This document shows positions 1 through 8,572 of a DNA stretch of 64,000 nt, in pieces. The notes beneath the pieces are model-generated. The model was not told where the DNA came from and did not search any database. It worked only from the letters and a program-made list of their open reading frames with translations. Location: assembly GCA_008080735.1 (NCBI GenBank), contig SHMW01000010.1:1-64000 (forward strand). The letters run 5' to 3'. Source of the stretch: Promethearchaeota archaeon (GTDB lineage Archaea; Asgardarchaeota; Lokiarchaeia; Sigyniarchaeales; SOKP01). Made by a program: the position numbers and the translations under genes. Position 1 is the stretch's first letter, and every line of letters starts with the position of its first letter.

Positions 1-275
1 AAAAATCGTTTTAATATCAAAAACATTTCTTCCCATCTAATTATTATTAAAGTATGTATTTAGTATCCTATTTATTAAATGATAAGACGGCGATATTTAA
101 AGAAAAAGGAATTTTATCTTAATAATCTTTAATTTTATATCGAGAAATTTTTAAAGAGTATTGAACTTACTATTAAATAAGCGTAGTTAATTATATGCAA
201 TGAGTCTCTTAAGAACCAAAACAACAACTCGCTTTTATTATGTTTATTACTAAACGTCCTTCGAGATGAACATTT

Positions 276-1175
276 TTGGAAACTAATTCAACAAATGAAC
301 AAAAAGAAAGTGGGGAAAAAGAAATAATTAAAGAAGAGCAACCCATCAAATTTCATTGGTATTTGCTTGGTTTTGTCACAACTTATTTTGTATCATGGTT
401 AATCCCCGGAATTGCATTTTTCACTTATGTGATGCTATTTTTTTTACCTTATTTCCTTGAAACTTCCAATTTTATCCTAATCTTTACTGAATTAAAGCCA
501 TTACTTTCACTATTATTATTTCCCTTAGTTTTAATAGCCTGTGTATTGCTACATCTATTTTTTGCAGCGGCGGTCGTAAAATTTTGGTATGGATTTACTC
601 AGAGAATTTTGCCTTCAAAAGAAGGCGTTATACCCAGAAACGTTCCAAGTAAAACTTCAAGTTTATACCATATCCGCTCTTTTTTACTCAAATATCCAAA
701 GAATGCGGTAATGAAAGGAATGTTTCCTTGGGTATTTACATGGATTTTTAATTTTATAGGTTCGACAGAATATGGAAAAGGAACGACCGTCGAGGAGGAA
801 GTTTGCGGAGATAGGTTTGCAATAACAGGTGAAAATTGCTATGTTGGGCCAAATGCATCATTGGCAAGCCATTTAGTAGAGGGTATTTTTGGGAACATTT
901 ATTATTTCAAAGTAAAATTGGGTGATAATTGTACTGTGGGGGCAGAGACCCCATTAGCACCTGGTACAGAATTAGGAGACAATTCATATGTATTTCCCGG
1001 AGCTGCGACCTTAAAATTTACAGAGGGAAAAGGAGGCTATTATTATTTTGGAATGCCCATACGTAAATTGTTTTCTCGTAAATTGAAAAAATATTTGGGA
1101 CTCATTGATGAAGACCTCGAAAGAGCGGAGAAGCTGATGGAAATCCAACAAAAAAATAAGAAAGAGGATGATTAA
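276..1175 (+). CDS. Membrane protein with 2 TM segments and left-handed beta-helix (hexapeptide acyltransferase-like) domain; subunit A of trio 1
   Basis: Two hydrophobic segments, then hexapeptide repeats (ITGENCYVGPNA, VKLGDNCTVGAE, TELGDNSYV), SHLVEG and terminal YFGMP motif; TTG start. Confidence 0.8.
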   Translation: METNSTNEQKESGEKEIIKEEQPIKFHWYLLGFVTTYFVSWLIPGIAFFTYVMLFFLPYFLETSNFILIFTELKPLLSLLLFPLVLIACVLLHLFFAAAVVKFWYGFTQRILPSKEGVIPRNVPSKTSSLYHIRSFLLKYPKNAVMKGMFPWVFTWIFNFIGSTEYGKGTTVEEEVCGDRFAITGENCYVGPNASLASHLVEGIFGNIYYFKVKLGDNCTVGAETPLAPGTELGDNSYVFPGAATLKFTEGKGGYYYFGMPIRKLFSRKLKKYLGLIDEDLERAEKLMEIQQKNKKEDD

Positions 1176-1177
1176 AT

Positions 1178-2038
1178 TTGGGTAATGAAAATGAAGAGGA
1201 ACCAGAGGATGAATATTTAATAAATTTTGTAACCAGCAGCGCCATATCCCGAGTTAATCTGAAATTCCTAATAGTATATCTGCCGATTATTTGGTTGAGT
1301 GGTATGATAACCTTGACATATTGGTGGATTTATCAGCCAAGATGGCATTTATTTATAGATTTTCTCCTTTTACTACCAGCACATATATTAGCAATGCTAA
1401 CCATTTTTACCTTCGCTTGTGTTATATTTAGCAAACTTTTATTGATATTAGTAAATTTAATCCATAAACCACGAGAAGGGATCTTTCGAGCCGAACTTGG
1501 AGATAATGATTTTGAGTTTTGGTGTTTGAGAATCGAAATTAAAAAATTAGTTTTATGGCTTTTCAATAATTGGCCCTTGCCTTGGGCAGATGTTATAGCA
1601 TTTAAATGGTTTGGGACTAATATAGACCTTTCTAGCCATCTTCATGATGCGTGGTGTGATGCAGAATTTGTGAAATTCGGCAAAAGAGTGATGGTGGGGC
1701 AAGGTGCGGTGGTCATGTCAAGTATGGTTATTGGAAAGTACCTCATAATCAAGGAGGTAGTTTTGGACGACCATACGGTTGTAGGAGGGCAGAGTACAGT
1801 GGCACCTGGAACAATACTTGGAGAAGAATCTGTAGTAGGAGCGGCAGGATCTACTGCGTTTAATCAAATTCTTGAACCTGGTTGGATTTATGCGGGAATC
1901 CCAGCACGAAAACTAAAAACAAACGAACATGCGATTAAAAGGCGAGATATAATCGTTAAAAAGAAAATTGATGAGGAAGAAAAAGAAGAAATCAAACAAG
2001 AAGTAAATATAGATGAGGATAAAAAAGATTTGGTATAA
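1178..2038 (+). CDS. 2-TM + left-handed beta-helix protein; subunit B of trio 1
   Basis: HKPREGIF, VKFGKRVMVGQGA, VVLDDHTVVGGQSTVAPGTILGEESVVGA, WIYAGIPA; 2 bp after upstream stop. Confidence 0.8.
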   Translation: MGNENEEEPEDEYLINFVTSSAISRVNLKFLIVYLPIIWLSGMITLTYWWIYQPRWHLFIDFLLLLPAHILAMLTIFTFACVIFSKLLLILVNLIHKPREGIFRAELGDNDFEFWCLRIEIKKLVLWLFNNWPLPWADVIAFKWFGTNIDLSSHLHDAWCDAEFVKFGKRVMVGQGAVVMSSMVIGKYLIIKEVVLDDHTVVGGQSTVAPGTILGEESVVGAAGSTAFNQILEPGWIYAGIPARKLKTNEHAIKRRDIIVKKKIDEEEKEEIKQEVNIDEDKKDLV

Positions 2039-2053
2039 TGAGATGAATAAGAA

Positions 2054-2941
2054 ATGAGTGTTCCCACAAGTATGCGAGTAGGTCCGTTTGCTCCCACGGA
2101 ATTACCAAAAAAACGTTATATTCTGTTCTACGTATTTTTAATATGGATTAGTATAATCCCTATTATGCTCCAATTCTGGTTATATTGGCAATTTTTATGG
2201 GATTATCAAAGACCAATCCATTTTTATATTTATTTGCCGCTTTTTGCTTTTTTCTGTTATGTTGAGTTGGTTCTAATCTCATTAATATTTGCTAGAATAC
2301 TTCTAAGCGTAGTAAATACCATCCATAAGCCTCGAGAAGGAGTGTTTTTAAGGGATAAAAGCGATAAAAACTATCGATATTGGTGTATTCGAAATACAAT
2401 TAAAAGATGGCCTGTTTGGCTTGCGCATAAATTTCCATTTCCATTTTTAGATAACCTTTGTTTTAAAATGTTTGGGGTTAAAACCACCTTTACAAATTCA
2501 CTCTTCGAGGGGTGGGTGGATACGGAATTTATCGAATTTGGAGAAAATGTGGTTGTTGGGCAAAGTTCCCACATCCAATCCTCGGTCATTATGGGGAATT
2601 TGCTAATTGTACGGAAAACCGTAATAGAAGATGATGTAAGAATTGGAACTCATGCTGTCGTCATGCCAGGAACTCATATAGGGAAGAGAGCCTCACTAAG
2701 CACATGGTCCCTTACCACTGTCGGGCAAGAGCTTGAGTCGGGGTGGATCTATCATGGTGTTCCTGCCAGAAAATTTAAGAAAAACCGGTTTTTTGAGGAT
2801 GGTTTGGAAGATAAAATCCAGTTTAAAGCTGAGACACAAGAAAGGCTTGAGGAAATCTATAAAAAATATTATAGAAAGCATCAAGCTGAGCATGTCTCAT
2901 ACGTAGAGAGATTAAAACCCGCACCAGAAAAGGAGGATTAA
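2054..2941 (+). CDS. 2-TM + left-handed beta-helix protein; subunit C of trio 1
   Basis: HKPREGVF, IEFGENVVVGQSS, TVIEDDVRIGTHAVVMPGTHIG, WIYHGVPA. Confidence 0.8.
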   Translation: MSVPTSMRVGPFAPTELPKKRYILFYVFLIWISIIPIMLQFWLYWQFLWDYQRPIHFYIYLPLFAFFCYVELVLISLIFARILLSVVNTIHKPREGVFLRDKSDKNYRYWCIRNTIKRWPVWLAHKFPFPFLDNLCFKMFGVKTTFTNSLFEGWVDTEFIEFGENVVVGQSSHIQSSVIMGNLLIVRKTVIEDDVRIGTHAVVMPGTHIGKRASLSTWSLTTVGQELESGWIYHGVPARKFKKNRFFEDGLEDKIQFKAETQERLEEIYKKYYRKHQAEHVSYVERLKPAPEKED

Positions 2942-3083
2942 ATTCTCGAATTATATATTCTAAATTTTCCTCATTTCATAATCATACTAAATTATTCGTT
3001 TTTTGCATTAAATTTATGCATTTTAGGATTAATTTGGACTAATTATAAAAACTGCTGTTGATATTTATTCTTCAAGAACAATA

Positions 3084-3557
3084 ATGACAAAATGTTTTTA
3101 TTGTAAAAACCAAATTGAAACAATTCCATTTCGATGTAAATATTGCGGGATGGTGTTTTGTCGTAAACACAGATTACCAGAAAATCATAATTGTACTTTC
3201 TTTTTTCAATTTGACGAGTCTGACAAAATTCGATATCAAGACACCTTGGATTATATGAGGAAAAATCTGAGTGTGGCAGATATATACCATTATTTCACAA
3301 CAAAAGAATATACTGAAGCCCAAACTCTTGAATTACTCCAACATTTTATTGAACAAAATGATGACCCTGAAATTAGAATATATAGCTTAGAAGCACTGAA
3401 ATTACTTGATTTGGATAGAGATAAAGTTTTTACGATTCTAGAAGCGTCTGTGCTCTCTGATGCGGATTCTAATGTACGAGAAATCGGAATAAAGATTCTT
3501 AAAGAGATATTTCCAAAAAAGAGCAAAAATATCTTGAAATGGATTGAGGATAGATAA
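3084..3557 (+). CDS. AN1-type zinc finger fused to HEAT-like repeats
   Basis: CFYC...PFRCKYCGMVFCRKHRLPENHNC matches the AN1 pattern; DDPEIRIYSLEAL and DADSNVREIGIKIL resemble HEAT repeats. Confidence 0.8.
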   Translation: MTKCFYCKNQIETIPFRCKYCGMVFCRKHRLPENHNCTFFFQFDESDKIRYQDTLDYMRKNLSVADIYHYFTTKEYTEAQTLELLQHFIEQNDDPEIRIYSLEALKLLDLDRDKVFTILEASVLSDADSNVREIGIKILKEIFPKKSKNILKWIEDR

Positions 3558-3841
3558 TATTATTCGGCTATATTCCCATTCATCGTTCTTTAGGTATTTA
3601 TTACTCGTATAAATAAAATTATCTTATTATTTAACATTCATCAGTATATCTAATTATTCCTCACCGATAATAAGATTTTGATACACTATATAAATCTATT
3701 TCGAAATTTAAGAAAGTAGACATTACACATCAAGTAATTAATTTTAAATATTCACTGAAAAACCCCTCTACTCTAAATATTTTGAACTTTTAATGAAATA
3801 TAATCTCAAGTTTTTTTAAGAAAATCCTAATAACTATTCCT

Positions 3842-4213
3842 ATGACACTCAATAGAAAAGATGCTCCCAAAAGTTTTATTCCTATTTTCATAATATGGAT
3901 ATTTCTCTGTAATGTGGCAGCAATAATTCTTGCTGTGGTATGGTGGTTACAATTTCCCGAGACTTTTCTGTTTGACGCGACCATTTCCATGGTTATAATT
4001 ATTGGTATAAATGTGCTAAGTATTATTCTTTTATATCCTATGTTCGGAATGGATCCTATAAGACCATTTTTAAAGGGAGCACTTATATGGTATGTGGTCA
4101 TTTCAATAATTTATATTATATTGTGGGCGTGGATCTTTTTGATTCCGGGGACAATCCAGTTGATGGGGGACCTTTGGTTTCATTGGAAGAGGAAAAAATT
4201 AATTGGCGAATAA
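3842..4213 (+). CDS. Hypothetical membrane protein (3-4 TM)
   Basis: Hydrophobic ORF, 123 aa. Confidence 0.6.
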   Translation: MTLNRKDAPKSFIPIFIIWIFLCNVAAIILAVVWWLQFPETFLFDATISMVIIIGINVLSIILLYPMFGMDPIRPFLKGALIWYVVISIIYIILWAWIFLIPGTIQLMGDLWFHWKRKKLIGE

Positions 4214-4354
4214 AAATCTAATGATTTGCTTTTTTTATTTTAAATTTTATTTTATCTCCTTTTAAATAGAAATAAACCTTATATATGGCTTTTACATTAG
4301 AAAATTAATAGTAAATGCAATAATATACGCCATTCGTAAAATAGATCATCAATT

Positions 4355-5260
4355 ATGTCGAATGAATCTACTGAATCGAATTCTGTTGCAGATGGTAGAA
4401 AGGGGAGAAAAGAGCTTGAAGTGGAGAAGACAGAGATAAATCTTCAATTTCATTTTTATTTCTTAGGATTTGGAACTGCCTATTTACTTTCTTGGCTCAT
4501 TCCAGCAATAATTTTATGGATTTATGCATTTTTAGTCTATTTACCGTTCTTCTTAAACGCAAGCTCTCTTATTATCCTTTTCACAGATATTAGAGCGTTA
4601 TTAGCATCAATTTTCATGCCTTTAATCGTAATAGTCTGTTATTTAATCCATTTATTTATTGTAGCTGCTGTAACTCGATTTTGGTGGAACATAACCGAAA
4701 AAATACGACCATCAAAAAATGGAATTATACCCCGCAATATTCCCAGTAAAACTCTCAATTTGTATCATATTCGTAGTTTTTTAATAAAATATCCAAAACA
4801 CGCGTTTAATAGGGGACCATTTCCTTGGTTACTTCCTTGGCTTTATAACTTTGTGGGTGCGAACAAAGTTGGGAAGGGGACAACTATTGAGGAGCAATTC
4901 GGAGCGGACAAATTTGTTGAAATTGGGAATAATTCATATATTGGGGTAAATTCTGGATTTAGTTCTCATGCAGTTGATGGGACTTTCGGAAATGTAGCTT
5001 ATTTTAAAATTAAAGTTGGAGATAATGTGACAACATCTTGTTTGAATTGTATCGCACCAGGCGTTGAGATCAATGATAATTCATATCTCCTCCCAATGGC
5101 TGGGGCGACAAAACATAGTGTTTTAAAAGGAGATAATTATTATTTCGGAGTTCCCTTGCGACGTGCCTTCTCACGAAAAGTAAGAGAATATCTAAATGTA
5201 TCAAAAGAAGACTTGGAACGGGCGGAGCAATTAAATGAAGCTGAAAATATGAAGGATTAG
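4355..5260 (+). CDS. 2-TM + left-handed beta-helix protein; subunit A' of trio 2 (paralog of 276..1175)
   Basis: GIIPRNIPSKTLNLYHIRSFLIKYPK vs GVIPRNVPSKTSSLYHIRSFLLKYPK; SSHAVDG; YFGVP. Confidence 0.8.
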   Translation: MSNESTESNSVADGRKGRKELEVEKTEINLQFHFYFLGFGTAYLLSWLIPAIILWIYAFLVYLPFFLNASSLIILFTDIRALLASIFMPLIVIVCYLIHLFIVAAVTRFWWNITEKIRPSKNGIIPRNIPSKTLNLYHIRSFLIKYPKHAFNRGPFPWLLPWLYNFVGANKVGKGTTIEEQFGADKFVEIGNNSYIGVNSGFSSHAVDGTFGNVAYFKIKVGDNVTTSCLNCIAPGVEINDNSYLLPMAGATKHSVLKGDNYYFGVPLRRAFSRKVREYLNVSKEDLERAEQLNEAENMKD

Positions 5261-6166
5261 GTGGTCAAGATGACAGAAAGTGAGACAAAGCAAAAAGATA
5301 TAAAATCAGATCAACTGGTTGTACCAAAAGGACATGAAATCTCCGAGTTAGAAATTGATTTTATAACTACGGGAGCAATGAAATCAATCAATTATACACC
5401 TTTGATATTATATATTCCAGTTATCTGGATAAGCAGCTTTCTAGTAATAATTTTTTGGGTATATTTTTTTATTTTAAATGAATTGGTCATATTGCAAGTT
5501 GTATTATTTCCTCCTATGGTTTTTGGGTCTTATATGGTTTTCATTTTAGGAGTGGCCATATCAGCAAAATTACTTATGATAATCATTGAAATGATCCATC
5601 TCCCAAGAGAGGGTATATTTATAGCTCAAAAAGGAAATAAAGAGTATGATTTCTGGTGTCTTCGCGTCCAATTGAAAAAGTTTGTTTTATGGGTGATGGA
5701 TAATTGTCCAGTCCCATGGATAGATATCTGGGGGTTTAAATGGTTCGGTCTAAAAGTAGATTTCTCCAGTCATATGTTTGATGCGTGGGTCGATACGGAA
5801 TTTATTGAGTTCGGACACAAAATTACGGTGGGACAGGGAGCAACGCTAATGAGTTCGATGGTTGTTGGGAAATATCTTATAATCAAAAAAATTATCTTTG
5901 AGGATTATGCGGTTATAGGAGGTGTTTCTAATATAGCTCCAGGTACAAAAATAGGCGAGGAGACCATAATCGGAGCATTTAGTACTACGAATTACAATCA
6001 AGAACTTGAACCAGGATGGGTCTATTTTGGAATACCCGCTTCAAAATTAAAAGAAAATAAATATTCGGAAATAAGGACTGGCATGGTCTATAAAAAAGAT
6101 GTTGATGAAGAATCCAAATATTTGGTAAAGGAGGATATCAACATCGATGAGGATGGTAATAAATAG
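5261..6166 (+). CDS. 2-TM + left-handed beta-helix protein; subunit B' of trio 2 (paralog of 1178..2038)
   Basis: PREGIF, DFWCLR, SSHMFDAWVD, MSSMVVGKYLIIK, NQELEPGWVYFGIPA. Confidence 0.8.
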   Translation: MVKMTESETKQKDIKSDQLVVPKGHEISELEIDFITTGAMKSINYTPLILYIPVIWISSFLVIIFWVYFFILNELVILQVVLFPPMVFGSYMVFILGVAISAKLLMIIIEMIHLPREGIFIAQKGNKEYDFWCLRVQLKKFVLWVMDNCPVPWIDIWGFKWFGLKVDFSSHMFDAWVDTEFIEFGHKITVGQGATLMSSMVVGKYLIIKKIIFEDYAVIGGVSNIAPGTKIGEETIIGAFSTTNYNQELEPGWVYFGIPASKLKENKYSEIRTGMVYKKDVDEESKYLVKEDINIDEDGNK

Positions 6167-6179
6167 GAAATACTAAAAG

Positions 6180-7052
6180 TTGAAAAAGGATAAAATGTCA
6201 AAACCTGCATCGTTAAAAGTTGGACCATTTACAACAAATGTTCTCGTTAAGAAGAGATACTTGCTGTTTTATTTATTTCTTTTTTGGGTTGCTCTTTTTA
6301 CTATTCAATTTGAATTTTGGATTTATTACCATTATTTGAGTACGGAAATAATTTTATTTTACGTATTGCTGCCATTTTTGCTTATTTTTTTGTATATTTC
6401 GAGTGTATTTGTATCGCTTCTATTTGCGAAATTTTTGCTTTTTTGTGTTAACTTGATTCATAAACCACGCGAAGGAGTTTTTCTAAGAGATAAAAATGAT
6501 ATTGATTATCGCTATTGGAGCATACGCAATACGATAAAAAAATGGCCCGTATGGCTTTCCCATAAATTCCCCTTCCCGTTTTTGGATAATCTTTGTTTCA
6601 AAATGTTCGGGGTAAAAACAAGATTTAAAAATTCACTCTTTGAGGGGTGGGTGGATACGGAATTTATCGAATTCGGGGAAAATGTCACTGTGGGAGAGGG
6701 AAGTATAATTCAATCCGCATTAATCGCCGGTAATTTATTTATCATTCGAAAAACAGAAATAGGTAATAATGTAGAGATTGGGAGCCATGCGATACTTATG
6801 CCAGGAACCAAAATAGGAGATAATTGTATTGTCGCTGCAAGTTCCACTACTACCGTTGGTCAAGAATTAGAATCGGGTTGGATATATTTAGGTGTTCCAG
6901 CGACCAAATTTAAGAAAAATAGGTTTTTTGATGACAATCTAGAAGACTTGATTGGTGACTCGGAAGATATCGAAAATTTACGAGAAAAATATGATTTGGT
7001 ATACGTAAAAAGGAAAGATAAAGAAAAAATTCAAAAAAACTCTCCTGAGTAA
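6180..7052 (+). CDS. 2-TM + left-handed beta-helix protein; subunit C' of trio 2 (paralog of 2054..2941)
   Basis: HKFPFPFLDNLCFKMFGVKT and NSLFEGWVDTEFIEFGENV identical to subunit C. Confidence 0.8.
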   Translation: MKKDKMSKPASLKVGPFTTNVLVKKRYLLFYLFLFWVALFTIQFEFWIYYHYLSTEIILFYVLLPFLLIFLYISSVFVSLLFAKFLLFCVNLIHKPREGVFLRDKNDIDYRYWSIRNTIKKWPVWLSHKFPFPFLDNLCFKMFGVKTRFKNSLFEGWVDTEFIEFGENVTVGEGSIIQSALIAGNLFIIRKTEIGNNVEIGSHAILMPGTKIGDNCIVAASSTTTVGQELESGWIYLGVPATKFKKNRFFDDNLEDLIGDSEDIENLREKYDLVYVKRKDKEKIQKNSPE

Positions 7053-7062
7053 TCCTTGGTAT

Positions 7063-7499
7063 TCATTCTCTTATTTTTCTTAATGGACCATGAGTATCCC
7101 CCCTTATTATTTTGAGATCCTTTTCGAGATACTCTTTCAGGACTATACGTGTTATTGAGATTTTGTTTCTGTTTTTTAGGAAAAGTCTTGGGTTTGGACA
7201 ATCCTTATCAAGTACATATTGGTTAATTTCTATATCATATACTAATGGATAACAATGGCAACCTTGAGGGCGAAACTCATAAATTTTACATCTCACTGTG
7301 TTTTTATCAAAAAAATAGCAGGCTCTATTAATATTTTTTAGTTAATATTTTCCTATAGATAATTTCGTAGAAAATTCGATTTGATCGATCTGATTAGGAG
7401 TGTATTGAATATGACATAAAGTTCTTTTTCTGAAAAGACCATCCCCGTATTTAGACAACAACGACCACATTTTCTGCATTCTTCCAGATTGCTAAACAT
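7063..7499 (-). pseudogene. YkgJ-family (CxxCxxCC) cysteine-cluster protein, frameshifted
   Basis: N-part CRKCGRCC ends at TAG 7353; C-part ACYFFD..RCKIYEFRPQGCHCYP continues in another frame. Confidence 0.7.
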
Positions 7500-7599
7500 A
7501 TGATTTTTTATTAGTATCAAATTTAAATATAAAGCTGATAACACTTATTTAATACAACCTAATGATATATAAATTATTTACATTTTGAGGGAGAAAAAA

Positions 7600-8418
7600 A
7601 TGTCTGATGTTTTAATATCTATATTACAGATACTTGGTTGGACTGGTCTATTCTTTTTAGGATATTTATTACTGGCATTTGTTGTAGGAACTGCCAAAAA
7701 AGACAATTCATTGATAGATCGCTTTTATCCTGGTGGATTTATGCTAATTGCATGGTCAACCTTGATCTTAAAAGGAACTTTCGATTTTAGACAAATCATA
7801 ATAACAATCTTAGTCACGATCTGGGGAATCAGGCTCGGCACATATGTCACTATTAGAAATTGGGGAAAAGGTGAGGATAAACGATATCAAAATATGCGAG
7901 AACGTTGGGGAGATAAAGTTCTTATAAATAGTCTTCTTCGCATCTATCTCTTTCAAGGATTAATTATTTTTTTAGTTGTCTCTCCTGTGTCATATATTAA
8001 TGTTGTTGATAATCCAGCAATTTGGTGGTTAGATTTTATTGGAATTGGTGTCTGGGTAATTGGGTTTTATTTTGAAACGGTAGGAGATTACCAATTATAT
8101 GTATTCTTAAATAATCCAGAAAATCAGGGAAAGGTTTTTGATGAAGGATTATGGCGTTATACTCAACATCCAAACTATTTCGGGGAAGTCACTCAATGGT
8201 GGGGAATCTTTTTAGTCGCAACAAGCGTTGCACTCAAAGTATATTTTCCCTATGGATTTATTACGATTATAGGACCAATCATTATCACCTATATGATTAT
8301 TAACGTTTCTGGTGTCAGATTATTGAACAAACAATTTGAAGGAGATAGTGAATACGCAAGATATAAGCGACGAACCAGCCAATTTATCCCACTACCGCCC
8401 AAAAAAGATAAGGATTAA
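7600..8418 (+). CDS. DUF1295 / steroid 5-alpha-reductase-like membrane protein
   Basis: GEDKRY, ETVGDYQL, GLWRYTQHPNYFGE, YKRRTSQFIP; ATG at 7600 preferred over TTG 7585. Confidence 0.85.
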   Translation: MSDVLISILQILGWTGLFFLGYLLLAFVVGTAKKDNSLIDRFYPGGFMLIAWSTLILKGTFDFRQIIITILVTIWGIRLGTYVTIRNWGKGEDKRYQNMRERWGDKVLINSLLRIYLFQGLIIFLVVSPVSYINVVDNPAIWWLDFIGIGVWVIGFYFETVGDYQLYVFLNNPENQGKVFDEGLWRYTQHPNYFGEVTQWWGIFLVATSVALKVYFPYGFITIIGPIIITYMIINVSGVRLLNKQFEGDSEYARYKRRTSQFIPLPPKKDKD

Positions 8419-8572
8419 AATCTTCTTTCTTTTTTTACTTTTTTATTATTAAAATATTTCTATTTTGATCTTTGACTAATAAAAACTAATTCTTTATTAA
8501 TGGAAAAAATCAGAGATATAAATTTAAAAAAAATTGTAATTTGTGTCGAAAAAATAGATCTTCTTAATTTTA

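Noticed and set aside
1-36. Possible 5' end of a minus-strand gene (MGRNVFDIKTIF)
   Set aside because: Only 12 codons visible; cannot be supported
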